Shown here in pieces: positions 9,918 through 22,830 of a DNA stretch of 64,000 nt (the stretch's first letter is position 1; each line of letters opens with the position of its first letter). The DNA is from an uncultured delta proteobacterium (GTDB lineage Bacteria; Desulfobacterota; RBG-13-43-22): NCBI GenBank assembly GCA_963802945.1, contig CAWDKY010000014.1, positions 1 to 64,000 of the forward strand, given 5' to 3'. Made by a program: the position numbers and the translations under genes. The notes under the pieces are model-generated. The model did no database searches. It was not told the origin of the DNA and saw nothing but the letters and a program-made list of their open reading frames with translations.

Positions 9918-11522
9918 ATGAACAAGAAAATCTTTTTTATACTAGCCATGCTTTTGTCTTTTCTGGCGGCCATGGTCGGCGGTCCTGGTTTCGCTGATGA
10001 GCCGGTAAATCCACGCACAAAAGTGTCGGCCCACGAGCCTGATCCCTCAGGTGCGAACACCGGCGGAGCACCCGACGTAGTCGGTGTGTCGGCGGGTGCT
10101 CCGACGGCCGATGACCTGAAGAAACTGGCTCCGAACGAGCCCCTGGCGGCCAAGCTGGCCGACGTGGTAGGCCATAATCGGATTGCCATCAATATAATTT
10201 GGACCCTCATGGCCGGCTTTCTGGTCATGTTCATGCAGGCCGGATTCGCCATGGTCGGGACCGGGTTCACCCAGGCGAAAAATGCTGGCCACACCATAGC
10301 CATGAACTTCATGGTCTATGGGATAGGACTGCTCGGTTACTGGATTTGCGGTTTTGCCTTTCAGATGGGCGGCGCAGGCGGGGGACCCTTAAGCGGCGGC
10401 ACGGCCCTCCTCAATCATGAAATCGTCCTCAGGCTCTTCGGAAAAGACCTCGGCCTTTGGGGGTCCAAGGGATTTTTCCTCTCCGGCCAGACCTATGACG
10501 CGGCGATCTTCGCCCTCTTCTTGTTTCAAATGTTGCTCATGAACATCACGGCCACGATCCCCATTGGTGCCATGGCCGAAAGGTGGAACTTCAAGTCCTT
10601 CGTTATCTATGCCTTTTTTGTAGGAGCTTTTCTCTACCCGCTTTTCGCCAACTGGGTGTGGGGCGGCGGCTGGCTGTCGCAATTAGGCAGGGATTTCGGC
10701 CTGGGGCATGGTCACGTAGATTTCGCAGGTTCATCCGTAGTTCATATGACGGGTGGTGTCGCGGCCCTGGCCGGGGCAATGGTGTTAGGACCGAGAATCG
10801 GGAAATATAAAAACGGGAGAATTATTGCCATTCCCGGACATCACATCCCCCTGGCGGTGGTGGGCACATTTGTCCTGGCCTTCGGGTGGTTTGGGCTCAA
10901 TGCCGGCTCCTCACTGGCAGGCACCGACTTGCGGATCGGTGTCATAGCCGTAAATACTATGTTGGCCTCGGCAGCCGGGGCTTTTTCCTCCATGCTCTAC
11001 ATGTGGATCAAATACGGCAAGCCCGATATTAGCATCATGTGCAACGGCCTGCTCGCCGGGTTGGTGGCCGTCAGCGCACCCTGTGCCTTTGTCACCGCCC
11101 CTTCGGCAGTGCTGATCGGGTTAGTGGCCGGCATTTTGGTCTGCCTCTCCGTATTTTTCGTGGAGCGGACCCTTAAAGTCGACGATCCAGTGGGCGCTTT
11201 CTCGGTACATGGCGTTAGTGGTGCCTGGGGCGTGCTTTCCTTAGGGCTTTTTGCGGATGGGACGTACGGGGAAGGGTTCAACGGCGTGGCCGGAACGGTG
11301 AAGGGGCTTTTCTATGGCGTCCCCTCCCAATTCATCGCCCAGTGTATCGGAATGTTGACCAACTTTATTTACGTATTCATCGCGGCCTACGCCTTCTTCA
11401 AGATCCTTGATCGGGTCATGGGCTTGAGGGTGCCGCCGGAAGTGGAAATTGAAGGTCTTGACCAGGCGGAACTGGCGGTGACGGCCTACCCGGATTTTAA
11501 CATCCGCAAGGTCATCCGCTGA
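9918..11522 (+). CDS. amt: Ammonium transporter (Amt) 1 with N-terminal extension; atypical gate residues
   Basis: FMQAGFAM, GAMAER, DFAGSSVVH, DDPVGAFSVHG, EIEGLD. Confidence 0.93.
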   Translation: MNKKIFFILAMLLSFLAAMVGGPGFADEPVNPRTKVSAHEPDPSGANTGGAPDVVGVSAGAPTADDLKKLAPNEPLAAKLADVVGHNRIAINIIWTLMAGFLVMFMQAGFAMVGTGFTQAKNAGHTIAMNFMVYGIGLLGYWICGFAFQMGGAGGGPLSGGTALLNHEIVLRLFGKDLGLWGSKGFFLSGQTYDAAIFALFLFQMLLMNITATIPIGAMAERWNFKSFVIYAFFVGAFLYPLFANWVWGGGWLSQLGRDFGLGHGHVDFAGSSVVHMTGGVAALAGAMVLGPRIGKYKNGRIIAIPGHHIPLAVVGTFVLAFGWFGLNAGSSLAGTDLRIGVIAVNTMLASAAGAFSSMLYMWIKYGKPDISIMCNGLLAGLVAVSAPCAFVTAPSAVLIGLVAGILVCLSVFFVERTLKVDDPVGAFSVHGVSGAWGVLSLGLFADGTYGEGFNGVAGTVKGLFYGVPSQFIAQCIGMLTNFIYVFIAAYAFFKILDRVMGLRVPPEVEIEGLDQAELAVTAYPDFNIRKVIR

Positions 11523-11585
11523 CAGGTTGAAAATGATATTGGAACTTAAGATTTTCTCAAATCGCAAAACGTAGGAGAATAAAAA

Positions 11586-11924
11586 ATGAAAAGGATAGAA
11601 GCAACCATCAATTTCTTTATGCTCGATGAAGTCAGAGAGGCCTTGAACGAGATCGGTGTCCAGGTGATGACGGTGACCAAGGTGAATGGGTTCGGAAGAC
11701 AGGAAAGCCACATCGAGTTTTACCGCGCCGCCAAGAACGATATTGCCTTTATTCCCAAGGTTAGGATTGAGGTGATCGCTGAAAACGGCCAGGTCGAAAA
11801 AGTTGTTACGACCATCCAGGACAAAGCCAAGACCGACGAGATCGGCGACGGAAAGATATTCGTCTCGCCCCTCGATCAAGTGATCAGGATAAGGGCCGGT
11901 GAGACCGGTGAAACCGCGATTTGA
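11586..11924 (+). CDS. glnK: PII family protein, divergent T-loop
   Basis: [28 protein letters not shown]; located after amt. Confidence 0.85.
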   Translation: MKRIEATINFFMLDEVREALNEIGVQVMTVTKVNGFGRQESHIEFYRAAKNDIAFIPKVRIEVIAENGQVEKVVTTIQDKAKTDEIGDGKIFVSPLDQVIRIRAGETGETAI

Positions 11925-12206
11925 GGGCTGGAAAATGCTCTCCGGCGGAAGCGGTCTCGCCCTCTCCTAGATAGGGTTCGTCATGGTAGGGAGTTTTGGT
12001 CTGGTGGTTGTATTGACTGCAGGATGATCATTCAGTCAGGGAATAAGATAAGGCTGTTTAAGTGATGTTCGTTAAAAGACAAAATTGCAATAAAGTCATT
12101 TTTTATTACATTTATGAAATTAAATGGATATCAACCATCAGGTGGTTTTTGAGGTAATATGAGGTAATATTATGTTATTGCAATAAAAAAATAGAAAATG
12201 ACGCTC

Positions 12207-12224
12207 TTGGCATGATTCCTGCCT
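12207..12224 (+). promoter_or_regulatory. sigma54 promoter of amt2-glnK with paired boxes at 12079 and 12108
   Basis: TTGGCATGATTCCTGC: GG 12209-10, GC 12221-22; ACAAAATTGC and ACATTTATGA lie 29 bp apart. Confidence 0.75.
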
Positions 12225-12275
12225 TTATATCAAAGTAAAAGTTTTATAAAATTTCAAAAGTGGAGGAAATCAGCC

Positions 12276-13855
<1,580 letters not shown>

Positions 13856-14130
13856 TTCTTAAAAAAACAAGGAGACAGAATCCAGAAGTCAGGAGTCAGA
13901 AGAAAGAATTTCCAACTTTTTTTGAAAAACACGGTTACGGGTTAGGAAATCGAAAACTTATATCTGGTCACAGTAACTCGTACCTCGCAACACGAAACAC
14001 GGGGAGGATAAATTACAAAAAAGTCTTTTATTTTAAAAAAATAATACAAATTTGTCATTTCATCGGGTAGGCAATCTCCAGCCAAATTTGATAACCGGTA
14101 GATATTTAATGGAAAAAACGAAGGGTTCTG

Positions 14131-14148
14131 ATGGTCGTTTTTTTGCAA
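14131..14148 (+). promoter_or_regulatory. sigma54 promoter of amt3 with boxes at 14015 and 14046
   Basis: ATGGTCGTTTTTTTGCA: GG 14133-34, GC 14145-46; ACAAAAAAGT and ACAAATTTGT upstream. Confidence 0.65.
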
Positions 14149-14173
14149 AGGGCAACTGATAGTTCCCAAAAAA

Positions 14174-15517
14174 ATGAAAATGAGGGCTATCATGAAACTA
14201 ACCAAATCTCTGTCGGTTGTCTTTTTTCTGTTTTTTTCTTTGATCGGGAGTGCCGTTTGGGCCGCTGATTCCCCATCTGTGGATACGGGTACCACGGCCT
14301 GGATGCTGATATCCACCGGCCTGGTATTGTTTATGATCCCCGGCCTGGCCATGTTTTACGGGGGGCTGGTCCGGAATAAAAATGTACTGGGCACTATGAT
14401 GCACAGTTTTATTGCCATGGCTATTATAGGTGTTCTTTGGTCGGTTTGCGGTTATTCCCTGGCCTTCGGTAAGAACATTCTCGGCGGATGGATCGGCTGG
14501 AATAATGATTATTTCTTTCTCAAAGGAATAGATGACACTATCCACAGCGCCGGGGTGCCGGAATATGTCGTGGCCATGTTTCAGGGAAAATTCGCCATCA
14601 TCACCCCGGCCCTTATTGCCGGGGCTTTTGCCGAAAGGGTGCGCTTTTGGAGTTACAGCCTTTTTATCACCTTGTGGTTTTTGTTGGTCTATTGTCCTTT
14701 ATGTCATTGGGTTTGGTCCGATGGCGGATTTCTCTTTAATATGGGAGCGCGAGGCCTGATCGATCTGGCCGGAGGGACGGTCATACACATTTCAGCCGGG
14801 GTAAGTGCCCTGGTGGCCGCTTTATATTTAGGCCCCAGACACGGTTACCCCAAAGCAGCCTTCCAGCCCAGCAACCTGGTCATGACCCTGATCGGTGCCG
14901 GTTTTTTGTGGGTGGGATGGTTCGGGTTCAATGCCGGCAGCACCGTCTCCAGCGGCTTGAATACGGCCCGGGCCTTGACTATGACCCAGCTCGCGGCTGC
15001 ATCCGGTTCTTTGACCTGGGTATTGATCGAAGGGATTCATTTAAAAAAGACGACCTCCCTGGGCTTTGCCACCGGTATATTGGCCGGTTTGGTGGCCATC
15101 ACCCCGGCGGCCGGGGTGGTTCAGCCTGTTGGGGCCCTGGTGCTTGGCGCCCTTTCTTCTTTATTTTGTTACAGCGCCATACTCCTCAAATACAAACTCG
15201 GTTATGACGATACATTGGATGTATTCGGGGTTCACGGGGTGGGTAGTGCCTCGGGAGTGCTTCTGCTCTCTTTTTTCATCCGTCCGAGTTGGATGGCCGA
15301 AGCGGTTCAGAAAGCCGGTGGGCACTGGACGGCCTGGAATCAGTTGGGCATTCAGGCCATGGGAGTCGGCGTGACTCTGTTGTACGCCGGAGTTTTGACC
15401 TTAATCTTGCTGATCGGTATTAATAAGATTTTCGGCTTTCGTTTGGATCAAGGAGATGAAATGGCCGGCATGGATGAAAGCCTGCACGGGGAAGACGGAT
15501 ATGGATTCTTGAGGTAG
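14174..15517 (+). CDS. amt: Ammonium transporter (Amt) 3 with signal peptide (start may be ~14192)
   Basis: MIPGLAMFYGG, FQGKFAIITPALI, DLAGGTVIH, WFGFNAGS, DDTLDVFGVHG. Confidence 0.95.
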   Translation: MKMRAIMKLTKSLSVVFFLFFSLIGSAVWAADSPSVDTGTTAWMLISTGLVLFMIPGLAMFYGGLVRNKNVLGTMMHSFIAMAIIGVLWSVCGYSLAFGKNILGGWIGWNNDYFFLKGIDDTIHSAGVPEYVVAMFQGKFAIITPALIAGAFAERVRFWSYSLFITLWFLLVYCPLCHWVWSDGGFLFNMGARGLIDLAGGTVIHISAGVSALVAALYLGPRHGYPKAAFQPSNLVMTLIGAGFLWVGWFGFNAGSTVSSGLNTARALTMTQLAAASGSLTWVLIEGIHLKKTTSLGFATGILAGLVAITPAAGVVQPVGALVLGALSSLFCYSAILLKYKLGYDDTLDVFGVHGVGSASGVLLLSFFIRPSWMAEAVQKAGGHWTAWNQLGIQAMGVGVTLLYAGVLTLILLIGINKIFGFRLDQGDEMAGMDESLHGEDGYGFLR

Positions 15518-15520
15518 TTC

Positions 15521-16249
15521 ATGAAAAGGAATTCGCTGATCATTACCCACAATACGACGGAAGGGGGAGGTCTTTTCGAAAAGATCTTAAAGGCCAAAGG
15601 TTGGCAACAGGAAATCCTGCCGCTTTATGCCGGAAAAGCATTGCCTGCTTCGGTAGAACCTTATGATCTGATTTTGATCATGGGCGGCCCTATGAGTGCC
15701 AATGACGAAGCCCGTTATCCATTTCTCAAAAAAGAACTCCCCTTTATCCGTCAGGTTTTAAAACTGGGAAAGCCTGTTTTGGGAATTTGTCTGGGGGCGC
15801 AATTGATGGCCAGATCCTTAGGGGCCAGGGTCTATCCCGGCCCTCATAAGGAGATCGGCTGGTATTTTCTGACCCAGACCCCTTCGGCCAGAACAGATCC
15901 CTTGTTTTCATTATTAGACCCCTGCTTCTTAGTCTTCCAATGGCACGGGGAAACATTCGATCTTCCTAACGGAGCGATTGGTCTGGCCGGCAACGAGGCC
16001 TACCCTCAGCAGGCCTTTCGTTTTGAGGATTGGGCCTATGGACTTCAATTTCACTTTGAGGTGACTGAGTCCATGATACAAACATGGCTGACCCAATGGG
16101 CTAAAGAGATAAAAAAAGCCAAGCCGCAGCCCCTGACTGCCCAAGATATCCTTCAAGACAGTCAGGTATATCTGGACCGGCTTCATAAACAGGTCTGGCT
16201 TTTTTTCGGACGTTATCTTGATTTTGTCGAAAAGGGGAAATTTTTATAA
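15521..16249 (+). CDS. Class I glutamine amidotransferase-like protein
   Basis: MGGPMS, GICLGAQL (nucleophile Cys), QWHGETF, QFHFE. Confidence 0.9.
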   Translation: MKRNSLIITHNTTEGGGLFEKILKAKGWQQEILPLYAGKALPASVEPYDLILIMGGPMSANDEARYPFLKKELPFIRQVLKLGKPVLGICLGAQLMARSLGARVYPGPHKEIGWYFLTQTPSARTDPLFSLLDPCFLVFQWHGETFDLPNGAIGLAGNEAYPQQAFRFEDWAYGLQFHFEVTESMIQTWLTQWAKEIKKAKPQPLTAQDILQDSQVYLDRLHKQVWLFFGRYLDFVEKGKFL

Positions 16250-16367
16250 TTCCGTTTTTGTAAAATATTTTTTTTAAAAAATAACAATTTTGTAATTTGA
16301 CGGATGACATCAATGTTCTTTTTTATACAACCGTTTAATTCCATTGCAAAAATAAATTTTAATCCCA

Positions 16368-16385
16368 ATGGTATATCAATTGCAT
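16368..16385 (+). promoter_or_regulatory. sigma54 promoter of glnB-glnD-glnA with box ACAATTTTGT at 16284
   Basis: TGGTATATCAATTGCA: GG 16370-71, GC 16382-83; weaker second box CCGTTTTTGT at 16252. Confidence 0.7.
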
Positions 16386-16449
16386 TAATTAGTATTAGCG
16401 TTTGTATAAGAATATGAGATAATGGCAGGAAATGAATGGGCAAAAATAA

Positions 16450-16809
<360 letters not shown>

Positions 16810-16817
16810 AAAACCGG

Positions 16818-16910
16818 TACTGGATACTCGATACTGGATGCTGGATAAATACCAGCGTAATCCGTTCCCAGTATCGTCTTTAGCTTTTATCCACTATCCA
16901 GCATCGAATA
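16818..16910. repeat. Inverted heptamer-repeat element (CTGGATA-type / TATCCAG-type)
   Basis: TACTGGATACTCGATACTGGATGCTGGATA ... TATCCACTATCCAGCATCGA. Confidence 0.75.
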
Positions 16911-16924
16911 ACCATTAACAACCA

Positions 16925-19525
16925 ATGACCGAACCTCTGCACAAAAAATATCTGCTCGACCAGCGTCAAAAGCTGAAGGAGCAGCATGATCATGATCAGG
17001 GAGAATCGGGCTTGACCATTGCCCACCGGCATGCCTCCTTCATCGATGTCTTTATTATTTCCGTTTTCAACAGCCTGGAGGTAAGGGCCCTTCTTGGCTT
17101 GGAGGGGGAAGACCCATCATTTGTAGTCGTGGGGCTGGGAGGATACGGACGAAAAGAACTATCCCCTTTTTCGGATATTGATCTGCTTTTTCTTTATCCT
17201 GAAAAAAATGACCTTCAGGTTGAAGAGGCCATCCGCAAGGTCCTCTATCCCCTCTGGGATGTAGGCTATGATCTGGGGTACACGGTTCAATCCATGGGGG
17301 ATTGCCTGGAAATGGCCCGAACAGAACCTCAATTTTTAACCGCTCTGCTTGATGCCAGACGAATAACCGGAAGCCCGGTCCTGGCCCAGTCTCTTAAAGA
17401 TCAAATAGGAAAACTTTTAAAGGAAGGGCAGGAGCTGCTTTGGCAGGATTGGATCCTGAAGGAAAGAGAGCAACGACATCTTCGTTATGGCGATTCGGCT
17501 TTTTTTCTGGAACCGCATTTAAAAGAAGGATTGGGCGGGCTTCGGGATATTCATTGCCTCCTGTGGATCGGAAAGGCCCTTTTTGAGGCCCCGGACTTCC
17601 GAGCTTTGGAAAAGGCTGGCCTTCTCTCCGCGGAGGATCGGGACACTTTAATTCATTCCGAAAAATATTTGCTTCGGATACGAAATCAACTCCATTACCT
17701 GGCCGGCAGGAAAACAGATCAGCTCTCTTTTGAATTTCAGGAGGCCATGGCCGAATGGGCCGGAATCAAAAAACAAGGAGATATCCTTCCGGTCGAGGTC
17801 TTCATGCGGGAGGTCTATAAGCACCTTCAACAAGTTCAGACCATCCATCAAAACTTTTTTGAAAGAATGGCCGAACAAAGGGAAACGGGGGAAAAGCACC
17901 GAGAAATTCTTGAACCGGGTATCTATCTTGAAGGAGGAAGGATTTATCTCGAATCGGCCCAGGTGATTCAGGATAATCCTCCTGTTCTGATGAAACTTTT
18001 TTGGTATGCCCTGAAGAAAGAAACCGTTCTCGGCCAGGAAACCATTCGATTGATTAAGCAAAACCTTTCCCTGATTGATGAGGCCTTTCAGAATTCCCGG
18101 CCGGTCAGTGAGCTTTTTTTGGAAATCATTAAAGACCTAAAAACCCCGCGGGAATTATTGGAAACCATGCTCCAAACCGGAGTGCTGACCCGCTATATTC
18201 CTGAATTTGAGGCCACGGTCTGCCGAACCCAATTCGATACCTACCATGTTTATACGGTGGATATCCATCTGCTCCTGACTCTGGTGGAATTGAAAAAGAT
18301 CGGTCGCGGATACTATCTGAAAGAAGAACCCTTGTTGTTCGGCATCTGGGGAGAGATTGAGGATTTTTCGGTCCTTTACCTGGCCAGTTTATTTCACGAC
18401 CTGGGCAAAGGTCAGGGGAATAATCATGCCCAACAAGGGGCCCTGATGATACCCAGGATTGCCGAGAGACTCAAGCTGCCCCTCCAGACTTCGAAAACGA
18501 TTTCCTATCTGGTGAAGAACCATCTCCTGTTGGTTGAGACGGCCCTTCGCCGGGACTTGAATGATGAAGAATTGATCATCCGCTGTGCCCGAACGATCCA
18601 GGAAACAGCAACCCTGAAAATGCTCTACCTGATCAGCTATGCTGATGCCCTGGCCACCAGTGCCCGAGCCTGGAATAATTGGAAATCCCTGCTGCTCAAG
18701 GAGTTATTTTTTAAGATACTCCATATCCTGGAAAAAGGAGAATGGGCCTCGGAATCAGCCCTGGAGGCCATAGAAACCTCCCAAAGGCAGGTTGTGGAAC
18801 TGCTGGAAAAGGAAATATCCAGCAAGGAAGTTAAAAATTTTTTAGAAGGAATGCCTTCTTCTTATCTGCTGTCTTTGCCTGCGGAGTCTATAGCCGAGCA
18901 TTTGCGATTACTACGCCAGATGGATGGAAAGCCCTTTCTCTGGACTGTAGAAAAAAAGGAAGATATCTATGAAATTTTTATTTGCTGTCATGATCGGCCG
19001 GGTTTGTTTTCCAGGCTCACCGGCGTATTGTCTTTAAACAACATCAATATCCTCGGGGCCCAGATTTTTACCCGCCCGGATAAAATAGCCCTGGATATTT
19101 TCCAGGTTAACCCGCCTTTGGATCCTTTATTTGCGGAAGAAACCTGGGAAAGGGTATATGATCAATTGACCAAGGCGGTTTCGGGTAAACTGTCTTTGGA
19201 TTATCGGCTGGCCAAAAAAAAATCCGGCCTGATGCTTTCTGCTGGACCGAGAATTGTAGCCGAAAGTCGAGTCATTATCGATAACCACGGCTCGGATTTT
19301 TGTTCTATCGTCGAGATTTACACCCAAGATCGTTTGGGCCTGCTTTACGCCATCACCAAAACCCTATCAGTGATGGAACTCAATATCTCTTTTGCCAAGA
19401 TTTCAACCAAAGTCGATCAGGTGGTGGATGTTTTTTATGTGACCGACCTGGAAGGGCAGAAAATTTTTGACGAGGAAAGGCTGGAAGAAATCAAGAAGGC
19501 GATTCTTTTCGCATTAACAGAATAG
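16925..19525 (+). CDS. glnD: [Protein-PII] uridylyltransferase / uridylyl-removing enzyme
   Basis: GLGGYGRKELSPFSDIDL, LEPHLKEGLGGLRD, YHVYTVDIH, FHDLGKG, two C-terminal ACT domains (DRPGL, DRLGLL). Confidence 0.97.
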   Translation: MTEPLHKKYLLDQRQKLKEQHDHDQGESGLTIAHRHASFIDVFIISVFNSLEVRALLGLEGEDPSFVVVGLGGYGRKELSPFSDIDLLFLYPEKNDLQVEEAIRKVLYPLWDVGYDLGYTVQSMGDCLEMARTEPQFLTALLDARRITGSPVLAQSLKDQIGKLLKEGQELLWQDWILKEREQRHLRYGDSAFFLEPHLKEGLGGLRDIHCLLWIGKALFEAPDFRALEKAGLLSAEDRDTLIHSEKYLLRIRNQLHYLAGRKTDQLSFEFQEAMAEWAGIKKQGDILPVEVFMREVYKHLQQVQTIHQNFFERMAEQRETGEKHREILEPGIYLEGGRIYLESAQVIQDNPPVLMKLFWYALKKETVLGQETIRLIKQNLSLIDEAFQNSRPVSELFLEIIKDLKTPRELLETMLQTGVLTRYIPEFEATVCRTQFDTYHVYTVDIHLLLTLVELKKIGRGYYLKEEPLLFGIWGEIEDFSVLYLASLFHDLGKGQGNNHAQQGALMIPRIAERLKLPLQTSKTISYLVKNHLLLVETALRRDLNDEELIIRCARTIQETATLKMLYLISYADALATSARAWNNWKSLLLKELFFKILHILEKGEWASESALEAIETSQRQVVELLEKEISSKEVKNFLEGMPSSYLLSLPAESIAEHLRLLRQMDGKPFLWTVEKKEDIYEIFICCHDRPGLFSRLTGVLSLNNINILGAQIFTRPDKIALDIFQVNPPLDPLFAEETWERVYDQLTKAVSGKLSLDYRLAKKKSGLMLSAGPRIVAESRVIIDNHGSDFCSIVEIYTQDRLGLLYAITKTLSVMELNISFAKISTKVDQVVDVFYVTDLEGQKIFDEERLEEIKKAILFALTE

Positions 19526-19586
19526 AATTTTACAAAGGCAATTTATTTCTACAGGTTGCTGAAAAAAAACCAAGGAGGAAATTAAA

Positions 19587-20999
<1,413 letters not shown>

Positions 21000-21012
21000 A
21001 GCAAACAATAAA

Positions 21013-21105
21013 TAGGGTCAAGGAATCCAGGATTCGAGGATGCAAGGGTTTTATTTATTAAGCCTTTAACTTGAATCCGTGACCTCTTGACCCTATGAAT
21101 CCTAT
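21013..21105. repeat. Inverted heptamer-repeat element after glnA
   Basis: AGGGTCAAGGAATCCAGGATTCGAGGATGCAAGGG ... CTTGAATCCGTGACCTCTTGACCCTATGAATCCT. Confidence 0.7.
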
Positions 21106-21320
21106 GTTTTATGACTATGGCAAGAATTGAATAAACCTCTGCCGATCTTTTAACGATTGGTGAGTACGAAAACACCTTCGGCGTTCGGAGAACTAAATTT
21201 TCATATTTTTTGGGCCCCGCCCCAAGCAGGTAAGAGAACTTAGAACGAATCCAAAATAGTTAACCAATTTGCCAAAAAATTTTTTATAGAAATTCAGGCA
21301 AATTTTTTGTATAAAAAAGT

Positions 21321-21338
21321 TTGGCGATATTTTTGCAG
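21321..21338 (+). promoter_or_regulatory. sigma54 promoter of mvhD-metVF-glt operon
   Basis: TTGGCGATATTTTTGCA: GG 21323-24, GC 21335-36. Confidence 0.75.
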
Positions 21339-21440
21339 AAATAATCTTTAAGGTAGCCATCGACCAGACAATTCCGGAATTCTCTGAGTCATCTGCCCCT
21401 CGGGTTGTTTTTCCCGTGACTATGCAAAACCCATATAAGG

Positions 21441-21866
21441 ATGTCTATGAATAGTGAAACCTTGGAGTTAAATGTTGCCATCTTTTATTGTCAGCAGTTG
21501 GATCCCGATCATGATGGCAATCGACGGGTCATCGAAAAAGAATTAGGGACCCGGATCAAATTTTTCCCAATGCCCTGTAGCGGGCGGATAGAGCCGCTCC
21601 ATTTTTTAAGAGCCTTTGAATCAGGAGCAGATTTGGTTTATCTGATTACTTGCCCGGAGAAGGTTTGTCGTTATCAGCAGGGAAATGTGCGGGCCGGGAA
21701 AAGAATCACCTTTGCCCAAAAATTGATCAAAGAGATTGGATTGGATCCGGAACGATTGAAGCTGACCATGGCCCGTCCTCCTCTCCCTAAAAGGATTGAC
21801 CTTTTGACCCGAGAATTATTCTCGGAAGCTCCGGTAAAAGGGCACTCTCTGTTGGGAAGATTGTAG
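21441..21866 (+). CDS. mvhD: MvhD/FlpD-type [2Fe-2S] subunit (hydrogenase delta-like)
   Basis: FYC, MPCSGRI, AFESGAD, C-x4-CRYQQGN, IGLDPERL. Confidence 0.85.
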   Translation: MSMNSETLELNVAIFYCQQLDPDHDGNRRVIEKELGTRIKFFPMPCSGRIEPLHFLRAFESGADLVYLITCPEKVCRYQQGNVRAGKRITFAQKLIKEIGLDPERLKLTMARPPLPKRIDLLTRELFSEAPVKGHSLLGRL

Positions 21867-21959
21867 AAGAAAAGGATTCAAGGGTTCAAGTGAAAATATA
21901 AAAACCCTTAAACCCTGTTCATTAATTGGGGGGAGAACCTGAAAGAAAACAAATAATAA

Positions 21960-22128
21960 GGTAGGCTTTTGCAAAAGTCCAGTAGCGTCATTCCGGTCCC
22001 GCATCAAGTGCGGGATAGACTCCAGCCGGAATCCAGGAAGATGGTACTAGTTCCCGATTTTCGTTGGGACGGTTTCTGGACACCGGCTTTTGCCGGTGTG
22101 ACGAAATTTGAAAGATTTGCAAGAACCT
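21960..22128. repeat. Nested palindromic REP/MITE-like element
   Basis: Outer TTTGCAAAAGT...GATTTGCAAGA; inner GTCATTCCGG...CCGGAATCCA and CTGGACACCGGCTTTTGCCGGTGTGAC; hairpin TCCCGCATCAAGTGCGGGA. Confidence 0.7.
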
Positions 22129-22161
22129 CAAAAGAATAATCTTAATGGAGATTAACAACCA

Positions 22162-22830
22162 ATGATTACCGCCGAAAGAAAACCTTTAGATGAAATCATT
22201 GCCATGATTTCCCCTTTCAAAAAGGTGTTGATCGTGGGGTGTGCAAGCTGTGTGGCCGAGTGCGCTGCCGGCGGGGAAAAGGAAGTGGGACTTCTGGCCT
22301 CGGCCCTGCGGATGGATGCCCGGATGACCACTCGGGAAATGGAGACCAGAGAAATCACCCTGGAACGGCAATGCGTTTATGAATTTATCGATCAGTTGAC
22401 CGGACTAATCGATCAATACGATGCCGTGCTTTCCTTGGCCTGTGGGGCCGGGGTTCAGGCCGTGGCTGAAGTCTTTCCGAATAGTTCCATCCTTCCCGCT
22501 TTAAACACCTCTTTCCTGGGACAAACCAAGGAGGCCGGTCTCTGGCTGGAGAACTGCCGTGGTTGCGGCGACTGCCGCCTTCATTTATTTGCCGATATTT
22601 GCCCGGTCACCCGCTGTGCCAAACAGATCTTTAACGGGCCTTGCGGTGGTTCTCAGGAAGGTCAATGTGAAGTCAATCCCGATACCCCTTGTGCCTGGGA
22701 CCTGATTGTCCATCGGTTGGAAGAAAGGGGTCAACTGGATCTTCTGGAGGAGGTCTATGCCCCGGCCGACTGGTCAAAAAAACAAGGGGCCGGACCTCGA
22801 AAAATCATCAGGGAGGATCAACAGAATTGA
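22162..22830 (+). CDS. metV: Methylene-THF reductase Fe-S/Zn subunit MetV (MTHFR_C)
   Basis: MITAERKP, GCxxCxxxCxxGG, RQC, ACGAG, CRGCGDC, CPVTRCAK..NGPCGG..C..CAW. Confidence 0.9.
   Translation: MITAERKPLDEIIAMISPFKKVLIVGCASCVAECAAGGEKEVGLLASALRMDARMTTREMETREITLERQCVYEFIDQLTGLIDQYDAVLSLACGAGVQAVAEVFPNSSILPALNTSFLGQTKEAGLWLENCRGCGDCRLHLFADICPVTRCAKQIFNGPCGGSQEGQCEVNPDTPCAWDLIVHRLEERGQLDLLEEVYAPADWSKKQGAGPRKIIREDQQN

Noticed and set aside
12150-12171. 10-bp tandem TGAGGTAATA x2, and 9-bp TGGTTACTA x2 near 58600
   Set aside because: Isolated short duplications without recurrence; likely slippage.
21200-21320. Paired N-box upstream of the mvhD promoter
   Set aside because: Only one weak match (CCAAAATAGT at 21251) at a different distance; not counted in the regulon motif.
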